Below, one piece after another: positions 35,347-43,767 of a DNA stretch of 64,000 nt. Positions within the stretch are counted from its first letter, which is position 1. Each line of letters starts with the position of its first letter. The position numbers were made by a program, and so were the translations under genes. The DNA lies in assembly GCA_046725875.1 (NCBI GenBank), contig JBKOZJ010000062.1, positions 6,937 through 70,936 of the forward strand. The letters are read 5' to 3'. The stretch is from Actinomycetota bacterium (GTDB taxonomy: Bacteria > Actinomycetota > Actinomycetes > JAKEEW01). A model generated the notes under the pieces. That model saw nothing but the letters and a program-made list of their open reading frames with translations. It had not been told where the DNA came from and did not search any database.

Positions 35347-35834
35347 GCAAGCTGCCACCGGATTTCGTCCCCGTCCATGCCCGTGCGAGCGAAGCCGAGC
35401 CGCTCGAGTGTACGTATTGAGGCAACGTTCCCTCGGTCGCAGGCGGCGAGGATCACCTCGACATCCTCTTGGCCGCGCGCCCAGTCGACCAATGCGGCCG
35501 CCGCCTCGCTCGCATACCCGCGGCGCCGGCGGCCCGGAACCACGCTGTATCCGATCTCGACAGCCCCATCTGCCGGCAGGCCTTTGAAACCGACGTCGCC
35601 GACGACGGTCTGCGTGGCCCGCTCGATGATGACCCAGATGCCGAAGTCCGCTGCTCGGCCCTCCTTCTGCAACTGCAGCGGCAGGACGTCGAGCAGGTCT
35701 GCCTGGGGCCAGTCGGCTGGCAGCGTCGCACCGAGTAGCGCCTCGGCCGCCGCTCTATCGCGGGGGAGCACCGCGGCCACCGCCGGTGGCAGAGGGCGAA
35801 GCTCGAGCCGCTCGGTCCGCAAGCTACTCGTCAT
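35343..35834 (-). CDS. GNAT family N-acetyltransferase (RimJ/RimL-like)
   Basis: The N-terminus is TERLELRPL, and the acetyl-CoA motif is VVPGRRRRGYASEAAAALVDWA. Confidence 0.88.
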   Translation of the reverse strand: MTSSLRTERLELRPLPPAVAAVLPRDRAAAEALLGATLPADWPQADLLDVLPLQLQKEGRAADFGIWVIIERATQTVVGDVGFKGLPADGAVEIGYSVVPGRRRRGYASEAAAALVDWARGQEDVEVILAACDRGNVASIRTLERLGFARTGMDGDEIRWQLA

Positions 35835-35871
35835 CGCGACAGCCTATGCACGAGCCGGACTGCACATCCTG

Positions 35872-35960
35872 ACCGAAACGATCTCGGCGTAGAAACTGCC
35901 GGTGATCTGCCGGACCATCTGCCTTGCCGGACCCAGACAGGCAACCGATCCTCGCTAAGA
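35872..35960 (+). promoter_or_regulatory. CTGCC-box leader-like element, copy C
   Basis: The sequence reads CCGAAACGATCTCGG-CGTA-GAAACTGCCGGTGATCTGCCGGACCATCTGCCTTG, then hairpin TTGCC...GGCAA, then CCTCGCTAAGAG. It ends 144 nt upstream of GTG 36104. Confidence 0.55.
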
Positions 35961-36103
35961 GAGCGTGACCAGATTCGGCGAGAGATCCACACCAGACGCT
36001 TCGTAACCCGCGCTGACTGGTGGACGCCACGACCACCATGACCCTGGTGATCCTTACCTACCGACCGGGCCTGGCACGCACGACCCAGACCGGGAGGCTG
36101 CAC

Positions 36104-37603
36104 GTGACTGCGCCACAACTGTCCGCCTCGACCCCTGGTCGGCCGCCGGTCGGCCGTCCCTGGCAGGTGTTGCTAGTGACGGCGGTCGCGGTGTTCATGA
36201 GCTTCCTCGACGTCACGATCGTCAACATCGCCTTCCCGGACATCGCCGACTCGTTCCCGGGCAGCTCGCTCGGGCAGCTGTCGTGGATCCTGAACGCGTA
36301 CGCGATTGTCTTCGCGGCGGCCCTTGTTCCGGCGGGGCGGATGGCGGACAGGTTCGGCCGTCGCCGGTTCTTCTTCCTCGGCCTCCTGGTGTTCCTTGCC
36401 GCCTCGGTCGCATGCGGCGCAGCCGGTTCGGTCGAGCTCCTGATCGGGGCACGCGTGGTGCAGGCGCTCGGCGGTGCAATGCTCGTTCCCGCGTCGCTCG
36501 GCCTGCTGCTGCCGGAGTTCCCGCTCGAGCGGAGAGCGACCGCGACGGCGCTGTGGGGAGCTACCGGCGCGGTCGCAGCGGCCGCCGGGCCCTCGCTGGG
36601 TGGGCTGCTGGTCGATTGGCAGGGTTGGCGTGCGGTCTTCTTCGTTAACCTGCTGATCGGCTTGCCAACGCTCGTTCCCGCCCGCCGCCTGCTGCGGGAG
36701 AGCCGCGAGCCCGCGGCGCGGCTGCCCGACGTGTTCGGCGCCGGGCTACTCGCCGCCGGAGTGGGCGCTCTGTCACTCGCCATCATCAAAGGCCCAGATT
36801 GGGGATGGAGCTCCGGCCGGGTGGTCGGCGCCTTCGCGGCGAGCGCCGTGCTGCTTGCCGCCTTCGTGTGGCGGTCAGGTCGACACCAAGCACCGGTGTT
36901 CGAGCTTTCCCTATTCCGGGTGCGCTCCTTCGCGGTCGCCAACGCAGGCGGGTTCGTGTTCTCGCTCGGCTTCTATGCGCTGCTGCTGTGCAACGTGCTC
37001 TTCCTCACGAGTGTTTGGGGCTACTCGATCCTGCGCGCGGGGGTGGCTCTTACCCCGGGCCCACTGATGGCAGCCGTCACCGCACCCATCGGCGGCCGGC
37101 TCTCCGACCGCTTCGGCCAGCGTGTCGTCGCGGTGCCTGGTGCGCTACTGTTCGGCGCCGGTGCGCTGCTGTTCGCCGTCAATATAGGAGACGACCCTGC
37201 GTTCGCGGCGGAGTTCCTTCCAGCCACCCTGTTGACCGGTGCGGGCGTTGGGCTCAGCTTCGCCGCCTTCGGCAGCGCGGCGGTCGCCGAGCTGCCGCGG
37301 TCGCGCTATGCGACGGGTGGCGCGATCAGCAACTGCTTCCGTCAAATCGGCGCAGTGCTCGGCATCTCCACTCTGATTGTCGTCCTCGGAAATCCCTCCC
37401 CCGCCGATCCCCTAAATCCCTACCACCGCGCCTGGGGGCTGATGGCACTCACCGGAGCGGTCGCCGCCGCTACCGGCCTGGCCTTGGGCCGGGTACGCGC
37501 GCGCCATGCCGGCGAGACCGTTAGCCAACCGCAGGAGAGTGCCGCGCCCGTCGCCCCGGACGTCGCCGTCGATCGGCCTTCGCCCGCGAAGCGGCCAGGC
37601 TGA
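36104..37603 (+). CDS. MFS transporter, DHA2 (EmrB/QacA, 14-TMS) type
   Basis: GTG 36104 follows GGGAGG. FMSFLDVTIVNIAFPDI, LVPAGRMADRFGRRR and many TM segments are present. Confidence 0.9.
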   Translation: MTAPQLSASTPGRPPVGRPWQVLLVTAVAVFMSFLDVTIVNIAFPDIADSFPGSSLGQLSWILNAYAIVFAAALVPAGRMADRFGRRRFFFLGLLVFLAASVACGAAGSVELLIGARVVQALGGAMLVPASLGLLLPEFPLERRATATALWGATGAVAAAAGPSLGGLLVDWQGWRAVFFVNLLIGLPTLVPARRLLRESREPAARLPDVFGAGLLAAGVGALSLAIIKGPDWGWSSGRVVGAFAASAVLLAAFVWRSGRHQAPVFELSLFRVRSFAVANAGGFVFSLGFYALLLCNVLFLTSVWGYSILRAGVALTPGPLMAAVTAPIGGRLSDRFGQRVVAVPGALLFGAGALLFAVNIGDDPAFAAEFLPATLLTGAGVGLSFAAFGSAAVAELPRSRYATGGAISNCFRQIGAVLGISTLIVVLGNPSPADPLNPYHRAWGLMALTGAVAAATGLALGRVRARHAGETVSQPQESAAPVAPDVAVDRPSPAKRPG

Positions 37604-37798
37604 CGGCGTGGTAACACTGTCCCGGCTGACCTGATGCCCGGCAAAGCGGGTCCAGCCTCCCGCTGCTCACCCGGAGCGGCATTGCGCACTAAACCCCGTT
37701 GACCATGGTGTCCAACTTGAAAGCCGAGCGACTTCGATCACTCACACCGAGCTGTTCGCCCAATCGAACGGACGCGCCACGAACCAAGGGAGGCAGTC

Positions 37799-38338
37799 AT
37801 GCGGAAGGTGGTCGAATCCACTCTCGTTTCGCTCGATGGTGTCATTGGCGACCCGCAGGTTTGGGCGAACGAGTACTTCGACGAGGAGGCAATGTCGCTC
37901 GCACACCGGCAGCTCCTCGTGGCTGACGCGATGTTGATGGGGAGGCGAACCTACGAGATTTTCGCCGCGACCTGGCCGGCCTATACCAGCGCATACGCGG
38001 ACAGGATGAACAACATCCCTAAGTACGTCTTCTCCTCCACCCTCGACACGGCCGAGTGGAGCAACTCAGTGATTGTCGGCGGCGATCCAGAACAAACAGT
38101 CGCCGAGTTGAAACAACAGGGCGACGGGGATCTTGTCATGTACGGCCATGGTCCGCTCGGCCAGGCATTGCTGGAGCAGCACCTACTTGACGAGCTTCGG
38201 CTTTGGATCCACCCGCTCGTTGTCGGTCGGGGAACGCTATTTTTCCGCGAGGGCGCAAGCACCGCCTTGAACCTTGCCACGACGCAGATGCTCGCCTCGG
38301 GCGTCGTGATTCTCACCTACCAACCGGCGCGAACCTGA
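37799..38338 (+). CDS. dihydrofolate reductase family protein (RibD C-terminal domain type)
   Basis: The RBS is GGGAGG. VSLDGVIGDPQ...MLMGRRTYEIFAATW...IPKYVFSST...LVMYGHGPLGQ...LRLWIHPLVVGRGTLFF matches the family pattern. Confidence 0.88.
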   Translation: MRKVVESTLVSLDGVIGDPQVWANEYFDEEAMSLAHRQLLVADAMLMGRRTYEIFAATWPAYTSAYADRMNNIPKYVFSSTLDTAEWSNSVIVGGDPEQTVAELKQQGDGDLVMYGHGPLGQALLEQHLLDELRLWIHPLVVGRGTLFFREGASTALNLATTQMLASGVVILTYQPART

Positions 38339-38692
38339 CCACCGAAGCATGAGCGCCTCGACCTCCAGGTGCCGCTGCGAATAGCTGGCTTGCATGGTGT
38401 TCCTCGCGATGCTTGCTGCGGCTCATGGGCATCGGTGGCGGAGCTGGTCGGGCAGGCATGACGTGATCCGTGCCTATCCTCAGAGGAGGAAACTCCGCGA
38501 TGCCGTCCGCCCCCCTGGGCCGGGATAGTCGTGGGCGACCAGCGCGCCGCTGACCAAGACACGCATAACGGCGTCCCTGGTGACCCGCTGCCACGTGGCT
38601 GAGCTGTGGGGGCGAGCATGGGATGTTCGGCTCGGCCGGGACGAACGACGAAGTGCACAGGGTCACAACCAGCTCGAGGAGGAGGGGCCATC

Positions 38693-39583
38693 ATGGAGGC
38701 CAAGGGACCGGCAATGACGAAGATGGAGCGGGCTGAGTGGCGCGACCCAGCGCTTGGTGTGGTCCGCGAGCTCGACCTGCCACAGGGCCGGCTGCACTGC
38801 TTCGAGGCGGGTACCGGCCCCCCGATCGTCTTCCTGCACGGCCTTTTGGTGAACGCCAATCTGTGGCGCAAGGTTGTGGCGCGGCTCTCGCGCGACTTTC
38901 GCTGCGTCGCGCTCGACTTGCCGCTCGGCTCGCACACACGCCCGATGCCGGATGCTGCCGACCTGACACCCTACGGCCTCGCCGACCTAGTGGCGGACGC
39001 ACTGGAGGCGCTCGCGCTCGGGGAGGTGACGCTGGTTGGCAACGACACCGGAGGTGCGCTGTGCCAGATGGTGGTGACGCGACGGCCCGAGCGGATCGAG
39101 CGGCTCGTGCTGACCTCGTGCGACTATCGCGACAACTTCCCGCCGCCGATGTTCCGGTATTTCAAGGTGGCGGCGGCCGTTCCGGGGGCGATGAAGCTGC
39201 TGATGATGCCGATGCGCCTGCGTGCGCCGCGCCGGCTCCCCTTCGCGTTCGGATGGTTGGTCAAGCGGCCGATCGATCACCTGGCTGAGGACTCGTACCT
39301 GCTCCCAGGCATGACCATTCGCGGCGTCGAGCGGGACCTCAAACGCGTGATCAAGGGGATCGATGCACGCTACACAAACGAGGCAGCCGACCGGCTGGGG
39401 GAATTCGACAAGCCGGCGCTGATCGCCTGGTCACGTGAGGACCGCTTCTTCAAACCAGCCCACGCCCGGCAGCTCGCCCGGGACCTGCCGAATGCCAAAC
39501 TGGAATGGATCGACAATGCTCGGAGCTTCTCTCCCGAGGACGAACCGGGCCGGCTCGCCGAGCTGATCGCGGGGATGCAATGA
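38693..39583 (+). CDS. alpha/beta hydrolase
   Basis: ATG 38693 follows GGAGGAGG. It has IVFLHGLLVN and a GNDTGG nucleophile elbow, a haloalkane-dehalogenase/epoxide-hydrolase-like Asp-type elbow. Confidence 0.88.
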   Translation: MEAKGPAMTKMERAEWRDPALGVVRELDLPQGRLHCFEAGTGPPIVFLHGLLVNANLWRKVVARLSRDFRCVALDLPLGSHTRPMPDAADLTPYGLADLVADALEALALGEVTLVGNDTGGALCQMVVTRRPERIERLVLTSCDYRDNFPPPMFRYFKVAAAVPGAMKLLMMPMRLRAPRRLPFAFGWLVKRPIDHLAEDSYLLPGMTIRGVERDLKRVIKGIDARYTNEAADRLGEFDKPALIAWSREDRFFKPAHARQLARDLPNAKLEWIDNARSFSPEDEPGRLAELIAGMQ

Positions 39584-39720
39584 GGCTCAGGCATTGTCCG
39601 GGCTTCACCCCGCGAGACGAGCTGGTCCTGCTGGCGCACCTTCGCCACAGTCACCTCTGTTGGTGAGCACCGGTCGTCAGTGGGGCACTGCGCAACGGTC
39701 GCCCACGTACCAGCAACGGC

Positions 39721-40263
39721 GTGGGCGCAAGATTGTTCAAGACACGCGACGACGTGCTCTGCATGCTCGGCGATATGGATAATCCGATCCTTCAGTTCCT
39801 GCCCGCCGACGGTCGCCACGCCGATCTCCTGCCGGAGGGCGATCTGTACGGCTGGTTCATAGGCTCCTGGGACATCGACAACCATCATTACGACGAGAAG
39901 CGGGGAGAGTGGGTCGACAGCCGCGGTGAGTGTCACGTCGGCTGGATTCTCGGCGGTCGCGCGATCCAGGATCTGTGGGGCTCGCCGACGAGGGGCTTCG
40001 GAACCACGATCCGGTCGTACGACGCGAGTATCGACGCATGGCGGATTCACTGGTTCGCCCCCTGGACGTCGTACTGCACCCTCATCGGCCGAGCGGACGG
40101 CGACCGGATCATGCAGCAGGGCGAACAGTCCGACGGCCGGCCGATCTGCTGGAGCTTCAACGACATCACGCCGGACAGCTTCCTGTGGCGGGGGGAAATC
40201 TCCGACGACGGCGGGGCGACCTGGCGGGTTGAGCAGGAAATGCACGTACGCCGCCGCGCCTGA
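39721..40263 (+). CDS. hypothetical protein
   Basis: The 180-aa ORF has strong GC3 bias and a Trp-rich sequence (WFIGSWDID...WRIHWFAPW...WRGEISDDGGATWRVEQ). I recognise no family, and the start is uncertain. Confidence 0.55.
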   Translation: MGARLFKTRDDVLCMLGDMDNPILQFLPADGRHADLLPEGDLYGWFIGSWDIDNHHYDEKRGEWVDSRGECHVGWILGGRAIQDLWGSPTRGFGTTIRSYDASIDAWRIHWFAPWTSYCTLIGRADGDRIMQQGEQSDGRPICWSFNDITPDSFLWRGEISDDGGATWRVEQEMHVRRRA

Positions 40264-40300
40264 CACGGTTCCAGTGCCTGACGCTGTCGACCGGGCGACC

Positions 40301-41560
40301 ATGCTTCGCCCGTATTTGCACATCCTCGGCAAGGCCGATTTCCGTCGGCTGTGGACGGGAGCCACCGTGTCCACGCTCGGCGACGGTATGACGTTCGTGG
40401 CCCTGTCCTGGCTGGTGCTCGCTCGACCTGGGGGTACTGCTCAGCTTGGCGTGCTCGGCATCTGCTACACGGCGCCGGTCCTGCTGGGCGGCCTGGCGGT
40501 CGGCCCGCTTTTGGACAAATTTGATAAGCGAGTCGTGCTGATCAGCGACTGCTTGCTGCGGGCAGTCGCGGTCGCCTCGGTGCCGGTGACCGCCACCCTC
40601 GGCACCGTTCCGGCGTGGCAACCGTTCGCCGTTGCTGCTACGTACGGCCTGCTCAAGATGGTACCGCTCGCCGGCTTCCCGGCCGCGATCCCGCAGCTCG
40701 TCGACGAGGCGGACCTCGACTCGGCAAATGCGCTGGAGTCGCTTAGCTTCAGCGTGGCGGGCGTGACGGGGCCGGCTGCCGCCGGACTACTGATTAGCCA
40801 GATCGGTGCGGCCAACGTCCTCCTGGTCGACAGCGCCTCCTTCCTCATCTTCGCGCTCCTCACCGCACGAGTGCGACAACCGCTGCGGCCGGAGGCCACC
40901 ACGACACCAGGCAGCCCAAACGACGCGCCGCCACGCCGGCGACCGTCGCTGGTGAGCCTCGCCGGCGACCGGGTCATCGTGGCCACGACCGTCGCCTTCA
41001 TGGCGTTCAACGTCGCGGACGGCATGCTGCTGGTGACCGCGCCGTGGCTGGCCAAGAACCAACTCCCGGGTGGCGCTGCCGCCCTGGGCATCTTGCTGTC
41101 CGCGGTGGCCCTGGGTGAAATCGTCGGCGCCGCTGTTGCCGGCCAGCGCGGCTCGGGCAGGTCACCAGTCCGCGCGATCGGCGTAGTCCAGCTCGCTGCC
41201 GCGATCGCATTCCTCGCGCTGCTCGCCTCGCCGCACCTCGTGCCGGTCGGGCTCGGATTCTTCGCCATTGGGCTGCTCAGCGCACCCATGACGGTCTGGG
41301 CGCAGTCGCTCCGCATGCGCCGCATCCCGCCCACCTTGCATGGCAGGGCATTTGCGACGCTGCGCACCGTCATGCAAGCCACCCCGCCTCTCGGCGCCGC
41401 CCTGGTGACACCGCTACTCGTGCGGGGCCAGCCAGCCGCAGCCGCCGTCACCATGGCCACCATCGCCGCTGTGCCCGCCTTCTACCTCATCTTCGGCGGC
41501 GCAGCCAACTCTCCGGCCGTACCCCTGGTTACCAAGGAGCTAAGCCGCGAACCGCAATGA
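40301..41560 (+). CDS. MFS transporter (EntS/enterobactin-exporter-like)
   Basis: The start is ATG 40301 (MLRPYLHILGKADFRRLWTGATVSTLGDGM), which is the typical N-terminus of this MFS subgroup. There are 12 hydrophobic segments. Confidence 0.88.
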   Translation: MLRPYLHILGKADFRRLWTGATVSTLGDGMTFVALSWLVLARPGGTAQLGVLGICYTAPVLLGGLAVGPLLDKFDKRVVLISDCLLRAVAVASVPVTATLGTVPAWQPFAVAATYGLLKMVPLAGFPAAIPQLVDEADLDSANALESLSFSVAGVTGPAAAGLLISQIGAANVLLVDSASFLIFALLTARVRQPLRPEATTTPGSPNDAPPRRRPSLVSLAGDRVIVATTVAFMAFNVADGMLLVTAPWLAKNQLPGGAAALGILLSAVALGEIVGAAVAGQRGSGRSPVRAIGVVQLAAAIAFLALLASPHLVPVGLGFFAIGLLSAPMTVWAQSLRMRRIPPTLHGRAFATLRTVMQATPPLGAALVTPLLVRGQPAAAAVTMATIAAVPAFYLIFGGAANSPAVPLVTKELSREPQ

Positions 41561-41720
41561 TCGGCCATCGGCGCGCCCGTCATCGGCACCGCCGCGTGAG
41601 CATCTTCTTGCCGGCCTTTGGGATCGAACGCGGTGAGGCCACGGTAGGTGACGACGCGCGTTCCAGCCCTACCGATTACCGTGTTTATCTACGAAGCGGT
41701 CGCGTGCCGGATGAAGGGCC

Positions 41721-41960
41721 ATGTCGAACGAACGCAAGTCAGGACCGCGACTTCCACCGCGCCAGTTTATCCGCCTCGCCTGGTCGGTGCACCGCGGCCT
41801 GAACCTGGACGCCTACGCCGCACTACGATCGTCCGAGACTGCGGTGGTGATCCCTGGAGTCATTGCCGGAGCCCACACGATCATGACAACCGTCCCGCCT
41901 GCTCCACTCCGCTTACCACGCCCACCACACCAAACACCGTCGCGGCTCGCGCGCCCGTAG
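41721..41960 (+). pseudogene. possible frameshifted and truncated remnant of a DUF385-type deazaflavin-dependent oxidoreductase
   Basis: The N-terminus (RLPPRQFIRLAWSVHRGLN) resembles this family. The expected LRLTTTGRRSG-like strand appears only in another frame (LRRTTIVRDCGG). The rest is missing. Confidence 0.3.
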
Positions 41961-41967
41961 GTGCCCT

Positions 41968-42246
41968 TCATCCGGAAAGGCCGACGATGGGGGCCCACTC
42001 GCGGATGCTCGTACGCGTCAGGACGTCTTCGTGGGTGTAGGGGTCGGCGTCGAGTAGTCGCATGAGCTCGTCGCGGCTTTCGGTGCGAAAGATCAGCAGA
42101 GCACCGGTATCGTCGGCGAACGGGCCGGCCATGACCAGCGCGCCCTTCTCGTGCAGAGCCCGCAGCATCTCCCGATGCGCCGGGCGGAGTGCGAGCCGCC
42201 GCTCTTCGTCCTTGTCAAAGGTCAGCTCGACCACGAACATCGGCAC
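41968..42246 (-). CDS. YciI family protein
   Basis: The 92-aa sequence is MPMFVVELTFDKDEERRLALRPAHREMLRALHEKGALVMAGPFADD...DPY. Confidence 0.85.
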   Translation of the reverse strand: MPMFVVELTFDKDEERRLALRPAHREMLRALHEKGALVMAGPFADDTGALLIFRTESRDELMRLLDADPYTHEDVLTRTSIREWAPIVGLSG

Positions 42247-42297
42247 CCGGCAAGCCTATTCAATAATCCCTCGACCGACGTAATGAAGGCCGATGGG

Positions 42298-42549
42298 TCA
42301 TACCCAAGGGAGATGCCCGGTCTTGGGTAGGACCACGAGCTCGACATCATCGAACAGAGCAGCTAGCTCGCGTACCGCCGCACAAGTCGGCCAGATGTCG
42401 TACTGCCCGACCATCACCGGTACCCGGAGCGTGGTCGGTCGCTGCGGCAACGATGGGTTCGGCTCGAAGCCAGCGTAAACCCATCCCTTGCCGGCTGAAC
42501 GAATTGTGCCGGTTCGGCGGCGGCCTGTGCCTGCGCCGCAGCATTCCAC
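42298..42549 (-). pseudogene. probable C-terminal fragment of an alpha/beta hydrolase
   Basis: Only the tail PVMVGQYDIWPTCAAVRELAALFDDVELVVLPKTGHLPWV is recognisable. No upstream domain is present. Confidence 0.35.
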
Positions 42550-42666
42550 TGCCGATAAAGAAGCGGTGCGGACAGCCAGCGGTGTGTCTCGCCGTGATTA
42601 CCGGGGCGCGCCCCGCTCTTGTATCAGCTCGGCGGCCCGCTCATGGCATAGCGAGCACCGAAGCGA

Positions 42667-43368
42667 TCAGTACATTGGCGTCGGCGGAATGGGTCGGCCG
42701 GCCCGGACCGCGTCCACGACCGCGGCGGCGTCGGCGGCGCGGTACTCCTCCCCGTACACAGCCCCGGGGCGGCGTGGTGGCTCCATAACTGAGCATTGGT
42801 CGATGCCGCCAAGATCAACGGGGACATAACCAGCATCCTCGACCAACCGGGCGAGGACCGCTTTTGCGTCGGTGTCATCGCCGCAAATCCACTGTGCGAC
42901 CCGCGCATCGCCGCTCCGGGTTGCGGCCTGTGCTTGGAAGCCGGCAGTGAGGGTGTTGAAGCATTTGCTGTAGCGGGCGCCGGGCATGCGGTCGGCGTTA
43001 TGGCGGGCAGCAGTGTGGCCAAGGTCAAGCACGCCACCGCGACCGTACTGATTGGTGGTATCGACGACGATCCTGCCGACCATCGGCCCGGCCGCTGCCA
43101 GGGCGGTGTCGATCACGCCCCACGGGACCGACAGCACCACGACGTCGGCTGCGGCTGCGTCGGCGGGCTCGCCGACCGTGCCACCGATTTCGGCGGCCAG
43201 CGCTGTGAGTCTGCCCCGGTCGCGGGCGAAGCTGACCGTGACGTCGTAGCCGGCCAGGGCGAGCCGGCGGGCTACATTCCCACCGATGTTGCCTGCACCG
43301 ACGATGCCAACGTGCGTGGTCGTATCAGTCACGCTCTCAGCCGTCCTTACAGCCCATATTCGATTCAT
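42667..43368 (-). CDS. NADPH-dependent F420 reductase-like NAD(P)-binding oxidoreductase
   Basis: It has VGIVGAGNIGGNVARRLALAGYDV and VVVLSVPW. The start may be ATG 43368 or, perhaps more likely, GTG 43332, which is preceded by AAGGA. Confidence 0.8.
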   Translation of the reverse strand: MNRIWAVRTAESVTDTTTHVGIVGAGNIGGNVARRLALAGYDVTVSFARDRGRLTALAAEIGGTVGEPADAAAADVVVLSVPWGVIDTALAAAGPMVGRIVVDTTNQYGRGGVLDLGHTAARHNADRMPGARYSKCFNTLTAGFQAQAATRSGDARVAQWICGDDTDAKAVLARLVEDAGYVPVDLGGIDQCSVMEPPRRPGAVYGEEYRAADAAAVVDAVRAGRPIPPTPMY

Positions 43369-43590
43369 GTCGAGGAGGCGCTGCTCGATGATATGGGTTT
43401 CGGTGTGTTCCAGACCGCGCAAGGGCCCGCCGATGAGCAGCATGGCCAGGCCATGCACGGCCGGCCAGGCCAGGAACAGTCCAGGTTCGGCTCGGGCGAA
43501 GCGCAGGTAGCCAGTTCCGACTGCGCGCAGGCGCGCCCACGCGGTGACAGCGGGGTCGTCGGCGGTGGTGACTCCGCCGGAGGTGTACGC
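43369..43590 (-). pseudogene. possible TetR-family remnant (ligand-domain pieces only)
   Basis: The frame is continuous with the reductase gene. RLRAVGTGYLRFARAEPGLF is directly joined to AWPAVHGLAMLLIGGPL. These two TetR-like motifs are normally about 60 aa apart, and there is no HTH. Confidence 0.3.
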
Positions 43591-43690
43591 GGGTCAGGTC
43601 CTGATCAAGGCGCTCGCGGCCGGGCTGACCCGGTGGACCGCCTGATCGCCGCCGGCGCCCCGGCCCTTATGTCACTCCTTACGGCAACGA
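43566..43690 (+). pseudogene. possible N-terminal remnant of a zinc-type/quinone oxidoreductase (MDR family), frameshifted
   Basis: TPPEVYAGQVLIKALAAGL reads in one frame, and PVDRLIAAGAPAL continues in the next. Nothing further is recognisable. Confidence 0.3.
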
Positions 43691-43767
43691 GCCGTAACCT
43701 GTTGCGGAAGGTCGAAAGGGGGGAGGAGTCGGTCAGGGCAGGGCGGCGCCCCCGGCTACCGGTAGCT

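Noticed and set aside
37604-37798. Possible sixth, degenerate element copy upstream of the third DHFR-family gene (ACTGTCCCGGCTGACCTGATGCCCGG); a similar weak match lies at about 38480-38520
   Set aside because: Too many mismatches in the boxes and no following hairpin or tail. I cannot separate it from background GC-rich sequence by eye.
42796-43767. 324-aa N-terminal extension of the LuxR/AAA ORF (track ORF 42796-46341)
   Set aside because: It runs antisense through the F420-reductase-like gene and the fragment zone. The recognisable protein begins at ATG 43768 (MLLLERESTLASL...GEAGIGKT).
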